A stretch of 63,662 nucleotides of DNA, the filler included, from Klebsormidium nitens (lineage: Eukaryota > Plantae > Klebsormidiophyceae), in assembly GCA_000708835.1 (NCBI GenBank). It is 6 parts of 6 records of this genome, joined end to end, with 100 filler letters (N's around TTAATTAATTAA, not from the genome) between each part and the next. Parts side by side here need not be neighbours in the genome. Positions count along the whole stretch, not along the records: positions 59,493 to 63,662 come from DF238526.1; 5 more parts are not named here. One strand, given 5' to 3'. Positions 62,401 through 63,662 of this stretch are shown here, one piece after another. Numbering within the stretch: position 1 is the first letter of the stretch; every line of letters begins with the position of its first letter. The position numbers were made by a program, and so were the translations under genes. The notes beneath the pieces are model-generated. The model had not been told where the DNA came from. It made no database searches and was given only the letters and a program-made list of their open reading frames with translations.

Positions 62401-62529
62401 ATACCGCATGAATTACTAGCTAGCATGTACAGGTACCTATTTCGATTTTTCACTTGTATGCAAAGTTGTTTGCAGCTAGTGTATTCGACCTTCCGAGGCG
62501 ATATCCGACCGAGTGCATACGGCCCGACA
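62401..62529 (+). repeat. 129-bp direct repeat copy 2
   Basis: Differs from copy 1 at about two positions. Confidence 0.88.
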
Positions 62530-63662
62530 ACTTGGCTTTACTAGGCACAATGATTTTTCATGTCAGGTAGTCCTTTGATGGATGATGGTCTCTGATTCAA
62601 TTCCCCCCTGTGCAGGTGCTCTTTCGACTGTGCGATACTGGATTGGGTTCGTCTAGAGGCACCGGCAGGTTCAGATCAAGCAGGTGAGTCAATCAGAGAC
62701 GTATAATTCAGTATTCAAGGCTCTGCAGGTTGAAATGCTTGCAGGTCTGCTTTGGATGCTCCTTGGCTGACTTATCTAGCATGCGTCCAATCTGGACTTG
62801 AGCTTGAATCTGGACTTGGCTGGTGCGAGAAGGACTAGGCTTCAACCCAGAGAATTGATTCGGTACATATTCAGTGAAACAGCGCAGGGTTTCCTCATAT
62901 CTTGTGCAGAATAAACCATGTGAACCTGTTAACTTTGACGCCTTGTCTCTATGAACAATCTGTCTTCGCCTAAGCTCCACCAGAATGGAAGTCCGCTGCT
63001 TGCCAAAGGGTCCAGGAACGGGGTTTCATGTTGAATATCAAAGCGTGATTTCTGCAGACGGCGACTTCTTGAGGGTTAGACTCCGTCCTCTTGAGCGCTC
63101 TCCGGAAGCGATTGTCATCAGAAATGGTATTGATGGTATTGACAATCATTACTTTGGTTCAAGGGATCTTCAGTGCCCTTTTCACGTGCTGGTATGGCTG
63201 CCACTCAGTCACGGTTCGTGCTTTGACTTTCAAGACGTGCTCTCCGAGCTTGGCCCAGCGTAATCACAAGAAGGTCGATTTTTGGTTGTGTTTCGGGAAT
63301 CGTGCGGCGCTGTCCGCATGTTCCGTTTTCAGCATGCTCTCTATCTTGGTTCGCGTTTACCTTTCGTGACCTGGATTGTCTGGCAGAAATCTTCAAGGGA
63401 ACATCAGCTGTAGCGATCCGGTCACGAAACTTATGCCTGAGGCTTCTGACCAAGCTTTCTGTAACTCTCGTAAGTGATTGCAAAGGTCATAGTGGTTACT
63501 GGAATCAACACCAAGCAGCATCCATTGTGCAGAATTGTAATCACGGCTTTGTTTCCTTGCACAGGTATCATGTCCCTAGCCTGACTGCCCCACATGTGGG
63601 AGCTTTTTCTCAATAGCAAATGAATCCCCTCTTAACTTCCGACCTCCTACATGCATCGCAGA

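Noticed and set aside
62700-63662. ORFs at the window end
   Set aside because: Short, stop-riddled in neighbouring frames and without recognisable motifs

Overview
The window is not one locus. It is six unrelated contigs joined by artificial 100-nt spacers (N44-TTAATTAATTAA-N44), with one internal N gap at 4490-4977. The host looks like an intron-rich streptophyte green alga, probably Klebsormidium-like (inference from land-plant-type LRR, GDSL and TRM1 orthologues with GC-rich exons and GT-AG introns). Contig A (1-2563): no recognisable gene. Contig B (2664-9845): intronless, GC-rich, tightly packed giant-virus (Nucleocytoviricota)-like segment. It carries an Erv1/Alr sulfhydryl oxidase, a class Ia ribonucleotide reductase large subunit and a ~900-aa acidic repeat protein whose two ends are copies of one unknown domain, and it is bracketed by three copies of a ~200-bp repeat built on AAGAC-N13/14-GTCTT dyads. 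Contig C (9946-12537): spliced KDZ (Kyakuja-Dileera-Zisupton)-type transposase. Contig D (12638-42148): host chromosome with a secreted Leu-rich proprotein, a MITE, an LRR gene, a probably catalytically dead membrane-anchored GDSL lipase, a TRM1 methyltransferase and an unknown gene. Contig E (42249-59392): an apparent ~17-kb CACTA/CMC-like transposon with divergent TnpD-like and TnpA-like genes and subterminal repeat arrays at both ends. Contig F (59493-63662): 3' end of a slightly decayed Ty3/gypsy pol whose integrase ends in a PHD finger instead of a chromodomain. All family assignments are by motif recognition; no database search was run.
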